NCBI GenBank assembly: GCA_002245135.1
Contig: NGBS01000314.1
Span: 1 to 64,000 of the forward strand
From: Proteromonas lacertae
Taxonomy: Eukaryota
Reading direction: 5' to 3'
Length of the DNA: 64,000 nt
Positions 13,626-28,912 of this stretch are shown piece by piece; the first letter of the stretch is position 1, and each line of letters opens with the position of its first letter. A program made the position numbers and the translations under genes. The notes beneath the pieces are model-generated. The model had not been told where the DNA came from, searched no databases, and saw only the letters and a list, made by a program, of their open reading frames with translations.

Positions 13626-16600
13626 TCACTAACAACAACTCCATTCTTCTTCGTTTCACCTTCATTTGGTGTTATATTATCCTCACTTAATTTTGAGTCA
13701 TTTTTAATATCAACATCTACTTTTTCATCCTCTTTTTCTTTACTATCTTCTACAGGTTCTTTTGGTAATTCAACTACATCAAATTCATTATTCTTTGCTT
13801 CATTAGTACTATTATCTATTTTTAATGTATTTGGATCTTCATTTTCATAATCATTATCAATATCATCAAGTTGTAAAGTTTCATCAACAGTTGGTATTTT
13901 TATTGACTTATGAGAGTCAGGAGTATCACTACTACCATGTAAACTACCACCAAGATTTGTAGTACCTAATAATTCACTAATTTGATCAATTCTTGAAGAT
14001 TGTCTTTTAAGCATTGATTCATTAGATAAATCTGGTAAATTAAATCTGATTTCTGTATCTAAATCATCATCTTCTAAATCATTAACATTCTTTTGACTTA
14101 TACTCTCCATAATTTTCTTCTTCTTTTGATTTAATAATGGTCTTTCTGATCGACTATTTGATCTCGGATTTAATCCTAGTGAATTAAATGGACTATCTGT
14201 TGATGTAGTCGGAGTTAATATTCTTTTCTTTCTTCCTCCTATTGAATGTGGTGATAGTGGACTACCAAGTATTATACTATTGTCTTGAGGAGGAGGAGTA
14301 TTACTAAACATTGATGTATTAACCGATGATTTTGAGGGAGAAAATTTACCAGATCCTTTTACTGCGAATTTTCTTAAATCAACAGATTGTGGTCTATTAT
14401 ATACCATACTAGAACTACCTCCTAATGTACTACCTATTAATTTTACACTATTTGAACTTTGCAATGGGATTTTTCTACTGACAGAAGGACTAAATGGTAC
14501 AAGTGGTGATGATGGAGTAACTGGAGGACTATTTGGGCTTAAAGGACTTACTAATGCTCTTGATCTGGATGTAGGACTTGTTACAGTCAAATCAATCTTT
14601 TGCCCTCTAGATGAAAAGTTAGTTGGCGGTTTTAGAATACCACTGACTGATTCGGTTTTAGTAATAAATCTGTTATTCTTTGGTGTAAAACCTGACAATG
14701 TTCTTTGCATTGAATTAGAGGGTGATGGTGCAACTTTGGAACTCATACGAGAACTTCTCTTAGTTAATGAGTATGGTTGACTTGTTTGACTATCAGGTGC
14801 AATTCTGTGTGTAAATGGAGGCATTCTAATAATATTTGAAGTTGAATTACTTTGAGATAAAGATGGAGGTATTGATAGATTTGGAGGTATTGAGATATCA
14901 TCTGGAGAAATTGATTTATTACTTCTATTCATCATTGATAATACAGATTCTGATTTAGCTATATTTCCTCCTACTATTATTCGAGATCTTTGTTTATTTA
15001 AGGCAAATACATCATCTCTTTCTTTCTCTTTTTCTTTAATGAATTTATATCTATATAACAAGAATATCATCACTGCAATTAATCCTACTACTACTAAAGC
15101 TACAAATACCATTAACACAATAAATCCTGGTTTATCAACAAAATCATCATTGCTAAGATGTTGAATTATTTCAGTACTTGCTTCTATATTATTAATTCCA
15201 AGTTTTGGTATTTCATTATATATATATTCTTGGAATAAAGGAGATGCTACGATTGAATCGAAACTTGATAAATATTGTGAACTTCTACTGACTTTTATTT
15301 TATATTTATATTGATATGTGATAGTATAAAGTCTCAAATATCTATCAGTTTCTTCAAAATCTTTAGATACAAATGCAACTGGAAGTATATCAGTAGAATA
15401 CTCCAACAATTCAGTTAATAAATAATCAACATTAGTATCATTCACAAACGATACATTATAAAATGAAATATTAAATATATAATGATCGACTGAATTATCA
15501 TAATAATCAATATCTTTTGCTATACAATGTTCAGTTACATTTCCCCACCATTCTTTCTCTTCATCCCCATTACAATATCTTACAGCTAAACCATCCATAT
15601 CATTCTCACAGTATGATACATAATATGAACCAATTAGAGTATCAGGCCATTTATCTTCACTAATACAATATCTTCCTTTAACCATTAATGTAATTACAGT
15701 AGCTATTCTTCCATTCTCATTTATTCCAGTGACTAAGAAAGTACTTGTTAATACTACTTCTGGTTTACCTGATATTTCACCTGTTGTAGTGTTAAACAAC
15801 AATCCTTTAGGAAGTGCAGGATCTATATCATAAGATGTAATAATACCATTATAATGAGGTAAATAATGATCTCCTTCTTGTTGGTAAGTATAGGTGACTG
15901 GATTATCATATCTCAATCCACTTGGAGTGTTGGGTATACAATTATCAATAGATTCACCCCATTGTGGTATTAAATCATCACTACAATATCTTAAGTATAT
16001 ACCACTTGTACCTGGTTTACATATTTGACTATTAGTCTCCCAAGTGCCATGTAAAGTTTCACTCCACATGTTATTATCATCAGCTTTACAAGTTCTCTCC
16101 AATATTCTGAATGTAAAAGCGGAAGTTATTTTTCCTAACGAATTTTGAGCTGTACATTTGTGTGTTGTTGTGTCTATGATTTGTGGATTACCTGTTATTA
16201 TTCCTGTCTTACTATCAATATCTAAACCAACAGGTAAACTTTCACATGAATAATGATCAATCACTCCTCTTATTATTGGATGGCCAGAATTGAAATAAAT
16301 AGATTGTGATATTTCGAATGGTGTTCCAACGTAATCATATACTGTTGGTGTACCAGAAATAACTACATTTAATTCACTACCCATTTCACCAGCTGGATTT
16401 TCATAATTTACATAAAATACAGTATCTTCATTTGGCATTGATAGTCTTCCCTTTACTTCACCTAATTCATTGATTATCAATCCAGTAGGTAATTGAGGAT
16501 ATATATAAATACTCTCAGCTGATATAGTTTGATCTGGTTTGATTACTATATTTGTATTGATTAAAGCAGATGTAAATGGATATGTAAAATCATCTGTTAA

Positions 16601-19600
16601 GCCTCTTACTGAGATATTAAATAGCAAATACTGTCTACCATTCTTATTATACACTAATAATGAATATAATTGATTTGTTACTGTACCATTTGGTTTTCCA
16701 TAAATAATACCATTCTCACTATCAAAAAATACACCACTTGGTAATTCAGGCATTATATAAACACCTTGATATATATTAATATTATAATTAATTACTTTAA
16801 TATCATTTAGTTCTGCATTTATATAGGTATTAATTATTGTAATATCATTATCTAATGATAATGGTTCTGGAGCTTCAAAATCACACATGCTATCATCTTC
16901 TTCATTACTCCATTCAACTCCATTTCGTTCATTTCTTACACATGCTCTTTTAACTACTCCAAATAATGGTCTTGGACAAGGAATCACCGAGTAATGATTA
17001 ATAGAAGTAGCAAAATAACCATCTTCATGATCTGCACAATACAACTGATGATTTAAGGTTATATTTATATCTTTAATAATAAACTGTCTGATTGAATTGC
17101 AGTCATCAATTTGAATGTAAAAACTATCAGATGCTACTGGATTGGGAATAATATATTCACTATTTTCATCAAATCTACCAAAACCTGATGATAAATAAAT
17201 ATCATTACTGGATGAGAGAGAAGCATATACACTCCACTTTATGTCTTGAGTTAAAACTGAAGAATATATTCTATAACTATTGAATAATACTGCTACATGA
17301 AATCCAAATCGTATTTGTACGTTATTAGTACATTGTATTACTCTTTGAGTATCTGGTAATAAGTCAAATATATCTCTCGAAGACGGATAATATAATGATG
17401 ATAATGATGATGTGTCATAATAAATAGGATAAATAGCCAATTGGAATAAAGGATCGTTTGGTGATATTTTATGGTAATAAACACATATTATGTTATATTC
17501 TCCAGCTTTAAAGTATTTATTAGATACAGTTGTGGTATTATGGAACGTTGGATGTTCATCTACACTTTCTGCTACATCTCCTCCTAATATTTTACTATTA
17601 AATGTCTGTATGATTTCTTTATTGATTATTAAAACTAATGAATCATTATATGTGAAATCAAAGATTAATTCTCCTACATTATAATCAATAAACACTTTTT
17701 GTCTCATATTTATCTTTAATTCATTAGAAGCTGCATCTGAATAGTCACAATCAGGATAAACACAAGATATCCATGATGAATCATCATAATTAAGATCCAA
17801 CCATACTTGATTAGATGAATAATCATTCTTATAGTCAATCTTCCATTCTTTATCATAATTCAATATTGGTTCTATTATAATATAATTATAAAAATAAAAT
17901 GATATATACTGTTAAAATGAGTTTTATTGAGATTCAAACTCTTATCATTATAAAACATTTGATTGATTACCATTTCTAATGGACTATATACAATAAGCAG
18001 TGAATTTCCAGTCCAGGACTTTGAATCTTCATCAGATAACATAATATCAATATCATCGCTTAAACAGAGTGTAAAGTTATCAGTCTTTCTCATTGGTCCA
18101 CTATTACCATGACTTACTCTACGTATTTCTTCATCATTATTACTATTATATATAATTGTATTCTCTTTAGATGAACCAATATCTAACTGTCTTGAAAAGA
18201 TTAATTTATATTTACTTTTTTCTTGACAGGTTACACATCTTAGTTTTATAACATATTCTATTGAACCTTGTTGATTCTCAGCTAAAATTTTTAAATTATA
18301 ATCAACACATAGTGGTAAAAGAACAGTTATAATACCGTTGGAACTGATTACTATACCATCAGGATGACTGTTTGTTATTCGATAGGATATTAATTTTGTA
18401 GTTAAAGGACTGATTATTATCTTTTTATTAGCTTCATATTCTACATATGGGGGATGATTAATTTGTGGTTTTTCATTACTAGTATCTAAGGATAATGGAT
18501 AATCACAAGGATATTTATCACACTGAACTGCTTTTTCTTCTAATAATATACCATCAAATGTGTTTAAGGTATAATTAACTTTTCCTGAGGTTAATGTTAT
18601 TGTCATTTCATGTGATTTTGTTGAACAAATACCAAAATTATAAGTTGAGTCTGATTCAATGTTCTTTTGATTCACTATTTCACCATTTTTTTCTTTAAAT
18701 ACGTAATTTCCATTTGTATTACTATAACTATTCAATAGTATTGTGTATGTGGTATATTCACAGTCAATTCACTTTCAATTTCATTGGTAATACCTTCTCA
18801 CCATATTCCGTTTGTCCATACAAATACAATAATTTATCTTCTAACTCGTCAGAATAGTAATTGATTGTTTTATTAACCACATTTAAATCCAACCAATCAT
18901 ATTCAGGATATAAACCAATTTTCATTGGCTGATCAATATCTATCTTATATCCATCACATGGTAGATAAGATGACTTAATAAATATTAAATCAGTAACTTT
19001 TTTGTTATTACAATCTAATAAGTCTAGTTTACTAGGAAAAGCTGGAGTATTTTCTATTTTTAGATTAATATTCGCTACATATTTGTTAACACCTTGAATC
19101 ATAGCATTAATTTTAATATCTCCATTAAATACTTCAGATGCCGATCCTGAAATAGTTCCTTTCACAACATCAAACCTCAAGCCTTTTGGTAATGTACCAA
19201 CTAAACTAAAAATAGAATTCTCTATTTCTGATGTAAGGATAGGTTTTATTTCAAGAATCTCTCTTTCTATTTCACATATATATTTCTGAGCATTGTAATT
19301 AAATTCATTGACTTTAACAGAGTAATAGCTGTTATGAATTCTAATACTATCATCTGGAGCTTTTGATTTAATTTTCAGATACTTTCTATCTATAATATCT
19401 ACCAATATAAAATATTGAAAATTGTTTCAAAACACTATTACTATACACATTAACATCAAATGAATATGATTTAATATTATCCAAACTAACATCTTCTAAT
19501 ACATTTTCATTATCAAATTCAACTTTAATAGATCCTTGATATTCAATAGTTATTCTCCAAGTACCATTCTTATTAAAATGCATATAGCCATTTCCATTCA

Positions 19601-22600
19601 ATGCAAAATTCTTCAACATATATTCAGGCATTCCATACCACACATGATAATCATCAAAACTATCAAAATTGAAGTCAAAATAACTGATAATCATATTTTC
19701 ATTTAAATTAACTAAATCATCAGGTGATAATATTTGATCATATGAATTTAAGAAATAGAAATATAATGGAATTGATTGAATTGGCATTTTCTTCACATCT
19801 AATGCAAATGATGCATCATACATCTTTTCACTTTTTCCTAATTCAACACAAGTACCTGCTACATTGATATTAAAAGTTTTTTCTTGTGTGATACTGGTCA
19901 TAGAATCACTTGTTGATGTAATTGCATTTTTATTACTATTAATAATGACATATGATGGATCTGTAGTAGTAAGTTCAATATTCCTACATTCTAAACCTTC
20001 ATGAATGATTGGATTATATAATATTTCATTTGGATGGAATATTATTCTATCAAACTGTAAGGAGAATGAAATTGGTACACAATATTCACTCATTGCTGGA
20101 ATCTTACCCCAAGTTGCTTTACCATCAATAGTCAAACATTCTCTTGGTATTTTACCATGATAATTTGTTGGACATGATATAGTAGCCACTGCGCCAGCAC
20201 TAGTTTCAGGCCATTCATCAATCTCTGGACATATCTGAATACTACATGTATAAAATAAGAAATCAGTTGTCTCTAACCAACCAGAAGTTGAACCTGGTAT
20301 AAAATCACCTGTTCTAATAACTGACCATCTAAAACGGTTATAAGATTTCTTTGGTGCATCTGCTAAGTAGTAAGTCATTGTATTACCATTATTATTTAAT
20401 TCATACTCTGGTTGATTATGAATTAGTTCAAATTCATTAGTCAATTCGTTAAATCCATATAACTGCCATTCTATTGGACTTCTTATATCTTGATAGTATC
20501 TAACTCCATTGATTTTGTAACTATTAATATATTCTCTTCTTTCATCTGGATAATAGAAATCGACATAACGATCATCGCCTTCGCCAGCAAATGGTGTTCT
20601 ATTATCTCCATCTAATAATTGTCCTGGATTTTCACTCAGCCAACCACCATACATATTAGTAACAGTCTGAATTCTTTGTGTTGTTTTTAATCGACAACTC
20701 TTTTCTCCACTTCCTTCTATTGTATCAAACATTCCTCCAAATGGATTATATTTATTAGAATTATTAAATACATGTATTTCTACAGCTAATATATTCTTAT
20801 CAACTTTTAAATATTCAATTGGACCAGATATATGATGGAAGTAAATATCTTCATCATTTATATACATCTTCAATGGATTAGTATTATAATCAACATCATC
20901 ACCATCAGGCATATTATACCTATAAAACTCAATCTCATTTATATATGCAATAATACCACCATCAAATTGAAAAGCAGCTTGAAAAGATGATATTCCATCT
21001 AAACTATCAATATTTATTATTTTCCTATAATAGGATGTAATTCCATATCTTTTCTTATAATTCCCAGGTGTAGCTAATTCCCAATGTTCATCATAGAAAT
21101 CCACTGTTTTCCATCCATAACCAGGATCTATCTCATCACTATAATGATATTTCCAACTTGAACTTGGTGTTGCTAATAAATCTAAATCTATTTCTACGGT
21201 ATTCTCTAAGCCTTCTCGATATTTACCAAAATACATTTCAATATGTCCTTCTAAATAGACTGATATTGTTGTAGCTCCATCCCATGTATTACCATCATTA
21301 CTGTCTAATGTTAATGTATAAGTATCAGGTAATTCGCAGAAATACCACGCTGTTCTTTTATATTGCTCTAATGTACCTCTATAATCTAATAATACCATTT
21401 TATCTGTATTTCTTTTAAAGTTGATTTGAGCTTGAGATGATTTGTCATTACCAAAAAAGTAGATATAGAAAGCAGTTCTATTTTCTGAACATGTGGTTGA
21501 ATGGATTTTAATTGCAACATTAGAAGTACCTTTTGAATTTCTTAATATGAAATTATGAAATGTATCACCAATTTTATTAACAATTCCACTCACTGTCATT
21601 GTATTAATATCAAAGGATAAACTATTGGGTAATGGCGGTTCAATAGTCACAGAATCAATTCCATTGACAATATGACCAGTATGTGACGATTCTAAATAAT
21701 TATAAAATGATAATGTATTTTTATTATCAAATAAAATCGATGGTAGACCAGGTATAGAATTAGAAAATGTGTAATATATATTCTGATAACCTGATTGTAA
21801 CTGTTCATAATGAATTAAAGTACTACCAATATAAACATAATAAGATGGAGGTAAAGAAGTATTATCATCATCATTCACTTTACTTTTTATGTTCAATTCA
21901 TAAAATGTGTTAACTCCACAATATGAAAAAATTGTTTTTGTATTGGATGGAAGATTAACATTTTCATCGGATAATATTTCTCTGTTTCTATATACAGTAT
22001 AACTAACAGATGGATCTTTAACATCAAAATGTATTTCAAAATATTGTAAACCTTCACCACATTGTGTTATTATTACAGTCAATGTAGTTGAAGTCATTAA
22101 TCCTTTTCTGTCAGCATAGATAGTAACAATTGAACCATATGTTTGACGAGGTTTGCCACTTATTGTACCTGTATATGGATCAATAGTAATACCTGATGGT
22201 AAAGCAGGTTCTGTGTAAAATCGAACTGCTTCTGAATTATCTACTTGTGCTTTTAATGGATTGATTTCTTGGTTTACCGCATATTGAATAGATGTGACTT
22301 CATAACTTCTATCATAGTACTTCAAATTTGCTGGAATTGGTAATTTTACTATACCAATTTCAATGGTAGCAATTGTATTGAATTGAGTTTTTGTATTTAT
22401 TGCTGTAATTATATACTTTTTAATTCCTTGTTCATCACTATAAGGAGTTCCAGTAATAATTCCATTTTGTGTATTTAATGATAATCCATAAGGTAATGGT
22501 GGATGAACAAGATATAAATCAAAATCTTCTTTATTAATCATATGAAATAATGGTTCATTTGGGGTAATTTTGGCTCTAGAAACATACTTAATAAATGAAT

Positions 22601-24555
22601 ATGTATAATAAAATGGAGAAGGTGGTATGTAGTTAAGAACATTCGATGGAATTGGCTTTCTTTCTAATTGTTCTGGTCCTCCAGCCATATTAATAGAACC
22701 ACCAGTTGGATATATTCCTTTACCCCTACAGGAAGTCATCCACATTGGAATTGTACTAGCAGATAAATAAGCTCGAATGTAGGTTTGAATTCTATCATCT
22801 TTATTAATTACAACTGCATTAGTGAATGAATCAGATCCAGTTTCCCATTCATTATACATCCAGAAATAATTATTATCCGTTGTTTCTATATCATATTCAT
22901 AATTACCATCTGAATCTAATGTAATGTAATAGTCATATTCAACATTGAATTTCTCATTCAAATAACCAGGCAAACCATCATAAGATTCACTTTTATATTC
23001 ATAATTCAAATCAGTTTCAATTCTTTTTACAGCTAACTGATAAATATCCCAATGGTTCTTTGGATATTTATCATGTTCATATACACATTCATCTCTTTCT
23101 CGAGTGTAATAGCTGACTATTGCTCCATGATCATACTTAGAATAATTATCATCAACTATTCCTATTCCAATTTGAAAACTGGTAGATGATATATCATTCA
23201 ATGCTGATATTGTGTATAATATAGGATTTATAACTGAAGATGCTTTTCCTGATAATGTACCTTGAAAGAATGTAATTCCTGGAGGTAAATCTGGTTTAAC
23301 ACTCCAATATATTGGATTACCTGATAATTTATTATAAGTAAATGAAAATTCTTCATTCTTTCTAAATAAATAAGTGGTTTGAGGATATGTTAAATCTGTT
23401 ATATGTTCCATAATATGAAATAAATTTTCTTCTGGGATTTGATAAGATTCTGCTTCATTTTCTAGCTTCCAATTAATATGCATATTAAAACCACCTACTT
23501 CTTGATAAAATAATACACCAATTTCATAATATCTACCAGCTCTTAATTCATAAGGAGGAGTATAATCTACCCAACTGTCCCAATAATCAGTATAAGCTAC
23601 AACTTCACTCATATTTTCAAAATAGAATTGCAGTTTATCATCTGCATTCATGTGGAATGTATATTTACCTGTTTTTCTACATAATACATACCCATGCATT
23701 CTACCAAATAAGTCTTTCCATCTCATATCAAACACATCACCATTTAAGAAATAGGCAACTGGTAAATAGGTGACAAATTGATTTGGGATTTCAGTCTCAT
23801 TTTCGAATGTACTCCATCTACCAGGCTTGGATGAATCAAACCCTCGACCTATTGAATAATCCATTTCTGATACTCGATATTCTAATTTAGGTAAATACAT
23901 ATTGATTTTTTTCTCTATTACCTCTATTTTCACTTTTATATCTAATGAACTAACTGGATTCATTGCTAATGATAGTATAAGTGTCTAATTCTTTAATTTC
24001 CTCAGCAGAGCCTGAAATTATTCCAGAATCTTCGTATAATATAAGACCTTTAGGTAAAATATCTAATGAACGAAATTTTTGTGGATTTCTTTGACATGTT
24101 ACTTTTATTCTTGTAGGTTCTCCTAGAACAAACGAAAATACAACATCTTTGTCAAGATTATAGTAACATGATGTAAGTGCATTAATAGCTATAGAATAAT
24201 ATTACTAAAATATATAAAATACACTCTATTGAGATTGTAGTTGTATAAGATCCATTAACATTATTGAAAGTAATAGAAAACGCTACAGTATCAAAATTAT
24301 CAACTACAGATCCACTAATAACACCTTCACTACTAATCTTTATTCCATCAGGTAAAAGAGGATCAGTCTGAGTAGACATTATGCTTTCTGTACATGTAGG
24401 TATTATGTTTAAAGTTAAGCCAATACCTGTAACGTAGTGTGAATCTGGATATGAACACGAAGGTGAAGAAACTAAATCAATAACGATTTAAATATACGTG
24501 AATATTTAATAAATACTAGTAATAATGAATAAAACAAATCAAGCTTCCTTAACAT
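12788..24555 (-). CDS. Giant (~3,900 aa) type I membrane protein: signal peptide, He_PIG/Ig-like repeats, PA14-like and jelly-roll domains, HormR-like Cys modules, one TM helix, Ser/Thr-Pro-rich tail; three apparent +1 frameshifts
   Basis: Start MLRKLDLFYSLLLVFIKYSLSS. Repeats LPxGLxI(D/N)xxTGxIxGxP; PA14-like GKYTFHMNADD; CxxxxxWPxTxxGxxxxxxCxxxxxGxxxRxCxxxxxW modules; TM GFIVLMVFVALVVVGLIAVMIFLL. Contiguous ORFs 24182-24379, 19386-23963, 18764-19405, 17875-18735, 12788-17863. Confidence 0.8.
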
Positions 24556-25016
24556 CTTTTTTTTGATCCACAGATAACAAACATTGGCTTGAGTGTTTAT
24601 TTTATTCTAGATAAAGAATAACTATATCAAAATGCGTTTATCAATATTAATCTTTTCGTATCAACATATAATATATCTTATTAAGGGTATTACTATTTCT
24701 CAAATTTCCTAATTACTGGTAATTATGTAAAATATAATAAATAACTATAGATACTACTACAAAACACATATATTACATATAATTAAATTAATTTTATCAT
24801 ATTTCTTCAAAATTTGAAATAATTGAGAATTGATAATGGTAGTAGTGTTAATATTAGCTATTAGTTTAAAGTAATTCATCGACTATAGATTAATGTATAA
24901 AATATTTGAAGAACAAGGCTGTTATATTAGCAAGTATCAATTTTACGGCTTTAATTTGTTATTTTATTGATAAAAATTACAAAACACGATTAATATATCA
25001 ATATAATATAATAGAA

Positions 25017-26017
25017 TTAATACTCAACATTCAAAAAACTTTTCAAAACATCACCCTGCATTTGAACTACACTCCAGTTTATTTTTATTCTTCCAATTGA
25101 TGAAAATGTTTGTAAGAATGATTTTAACACTTTAACATCTATACTCCCGCTTATCGATACTGTTAATTTATCCAAACAATCAAAGACCTCTTTGTGTTCT
25201 TCCATTAACTGCAAATATTCTTCGTATAATATACATCCTGTAATATCTATTTCTTTTAACGGAATAAAATGCTTTAATCTCCTTATTAACATTGCAAAGC
25301 CTTCTTTCCACATCCCAATATCTATTAAAACATTAAGTTCATATTTATATACTTGCAACATTTAATGAGGATTTATTTATGACAAATTTCTCTAAATTAT
25401 CACATATTATTTTTGTTCCTTTATAACTATTATCTTTACAATTAAGATTGTTATTGTGTATTGATATATGTCTACCTTCATCTTTGTGGATATGACCTAT
25501 TAATTCTTGTAATGCATTAGATGAGATTCTATCATATGATAAATCGATGTAATTAAATTGAATCTTTTTAACTTCAGAAAGGAAAATATCGTCAAATATA
25601 TACATATCTAATGCAATAAGAATTTAGATTGTATATTATACCAGAGAAATCAATGTCTTGTGCTGAACTTTTTTTTGTCTTTCTTCTACAATACCTTATA
25701 TAATTAGTAAATTCTCTAGAGTTCCATAATTTATAATTCAATTTGATAAATGGATATGTACTACATTTCAATGACCTTTTACAAATTGGTATGAATCCTT
25801 CATAATCCACAACATTATCACAAAGATTTATAGTGAGACAATTATCAAGGAATTTAATTTTATGTTTTAATAATGTCATACTCTGATTATCTATATTGAT
25901 GTTATTCAATTTTAGTTCTTTTTTATCATCTATTAATAACCTTAAACTTCGCAAGGAGCTTATAGTGACAAATCCTTCATTACCAATAGGATTATCTATT
26001 AAACATATATTACATTC

Positions 26018-26061
<44 letters not shown>

Positions 26062-28413
26062 TATGAATGACTAATGTTACTAATCTTTTATTCCTGGAGA
26101 TATGCTCATGCAAATATTTCATCCCTGTACTATCAATTTTATTATAACTAATATCAAGTACTTTTACATATTTATTAGTAAAATCTAGCCCATCTAACAA
26201 ATATTTCAATCCCTCCGAAGTTAATCCCATTTCTATTCATTTATATCTATTTGTTCATTATACTTGAACAATTAACTACAAAATCTTCATTCTATCAACA
26301 AATATATATTTGGGCATAATGTTTGTATTCCTGAATCGCCCACTTCATTTCCATATAATTGAAGATGTTTAAGATTTGGAAATGAAGATAAGTTATCCTT
26401 CAATATTTTAACACTTCTAAATGTTAGTTTATTATCTATATGATATTCAAAAAAATAACTATACCACTTAAATCTAACTTTTCTATATAAACAAACTCGT
26501 CGTATCTTAATATAATGAAACATTCTACAAAATCATCATCAACTGAACAACAACTTACATCAAGTGTATGGTTTGATATGTCTGTAATTGACTTGACTAA
26601 TTGTGGGAAGGTGTAATGAGTCAACAATTCTGTACAACTTTTTATGTCAAATGTGGTGTTTGCAACAGGATATACTGAGAATAAAGACATCAATCCTGCT
26701 ACATGAATGTTTGGATTTTCTTTGATATTAATAAACTTCACATTAGGATATTTATGTAATTCTTTTGATAATAATATCATTGACTCGTCTGTTAACTTCA
26801 TTCCCTGTAAATTTAATTCACTTTCTTTATATATTAATAAATGTAAATATGGAAGAAGCAATCTGAATCCTCTTTCACCAATTGGATTAACTATTTAATA
26901 TATAATCACAAATATACATTGTATATTTACATATTTCAATCTCATGAATGGAATTGATTTAACAAATGTTTCAACAAAACAAGAAGTAAGATTACATTGT
27001 GATAAAATCAATAATTCTACATTCATTAATGAAGCAAAAGATAATGCAAACAATGGTTGAAGATGGAGTGAAATAATAAACTCCTTATCACCTAAACGAA
27101 ATGAAAATGATTATAAATATACAAAATTTGAGTTTTGTTGGGTTGAGCAGTTTCATCATTCTAAAAAAAAATTCAATCCTTCTTCACTAAAACATATACA
27201 CTTATCATTAACTACGATCATTTCATGATCCTTCTTATCAGTACATAAATTGCATATCCTTAAATGATAAAAATGTTCTTCATTTTCTTTACATCCCTTA
27301 GGCGTAAAAAGTTTCACTCTAACATTTTCTTGTAATTTCCTCATCAATAACACTGACAGTATTGTTTCGTAATGTCTGTTATTGTACAATTTTTTTAAAC
27401 CATATCTTATCCCTATACATTTGTTGTGGTTGAATTCATTTCTTTCATAAATATAATAATATTTCGGTTGAAAGGATATTGGTAAGGTAATGAATTGCTT
27501 CACTATCATTTTTGTTCACAACATCTTTAATATCTTCACTTATCATCACACTACAATCTTTATTCCTTAACATATCACCAATTTTTATTATCTCTTTATA
27601 CAACTCTTTAAAGTTCATTCTATCTTCTCTCTTCACTTTTAATAACTTATTGACCAACTCTGCCAATGTATAATCATCACATAAATTAAATGAATATTTA
27701 CAATTCATTATATTTCTTATTGTTGTGATGATATGATTATCTTCATTAAATGGTAATTTGTTGTATATCATTTGAAATATTATACATCCTATTGACCAAA
27801 TCACACTCTTGTCATTACACTCTGATCCACTCAACTCTTCTGGACTTTTGAAGCACACATCATATAGTCTCATATCTTTTTCTTTTCTTAATAAGTTTAT
27901 ATATACATCACAAATTTTTACATTAACATCATCATTAACTTCGGTATATACAATATTGCTGCTCTTTATATTACCTAAAGCCAAGCCACATTCATATAAT
28001 GCCTCTAAAACATTACATAATGAGCGTAAAACTAAATATGCTTTACTTGTATCAAGTAATTTTTTCTCGATTAATCTTTCCAAATCGGTATCATAATAAT
28101 CTCGACAAATAACAATGTAATTATCATAGATGTTATGAAATCATTTTAGATGGTAAGGCAAAGCACAAATGAGTATCTGATAATAATGTCTCATTTTCAT
28201 AGAATCTTTGTATTTTTTCTTCATTTACTCCTTTTCCACTTAGTAACTTCATCATTTTTACATTATCTTTGTCGAGTCTGTGTTGAATAACTACATCCAT
28301 TTCGTTATGTCTTTTCGTTTCACTTTTTACAACCTATAATAATGAAAGTACAAGAATACACATGTGTTTATCAGTAACACATTGGGTAATACAGAATATA
28401 TATTGAATTTCAT
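25017..28413 (-). pseudogene. Pseudokinase-LRR paralog 3, with two apparent frameshifts (pseudogene or assembly error)
   Basis: GNIKSSNI, ICDVY, KSPEE, IWSIGC and an LRR array. Frame breaks near 28135 (SKMIS* versus NIYDNYIV) and near 27495 (NDSEA versus FITLPISFQP). Confidence 0.65.
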
Positions 28414-28912
28414 TTAAAGTTTAAATATAAAACGGCTATATTTACTTTTTAAATTGCATTTTTCAAGATTTCTATAGATTGGATTATGTTAAGCCTTAGA
28501 GAATTATATATAATGATTAGTTTTTGTATTATAGAACCATCCTAGGGTTAGTATACTCGTAATTATCACTCAATTCGTAGTTATGGAGATAATGCATTAT
28601 TGAGTATTGTATAATCTTGTATATTTAATATTTATTTTAATATTCCAGCAAATCAGCATATTTTCGTACATGTGCCAATGTTCATTTTGAAATATGGATA
28701 CATTCATTTGCATTGCTCTACTATACTTATATTTCATTAATATTATTTTCTAGATGAATAAATCATTAAACTACCTCAGAAACGGCTCTACTCGCAAGCT
28801 TTTTCAAAATAGAATTGCAGTTAAATAGGAAATTCCATACAAATAAAATAATTTGTCACATTACTGTAACTTTCTTGTTTAAAATCGTAACTGAAATTCA
28901 AAAATTTCAATC

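Noticed and set aside
12777..13850. 357-aa hydrophobic repeat ORF on +
   Set aside because: Antisense shadow of the SPRR/TPRK repeat tail.
18735..28140. Euplotes-style programmed +1 frameshifting at stop codons
   Set aside because: At 23968 and 27495 homology places the shift upstream of the stop, and no shared slippery motif is present.
28540..28552. Telomere-like TAGGGTTAG (also TTAGGG at 61911)
   Set aside because: Single units, not arrays.
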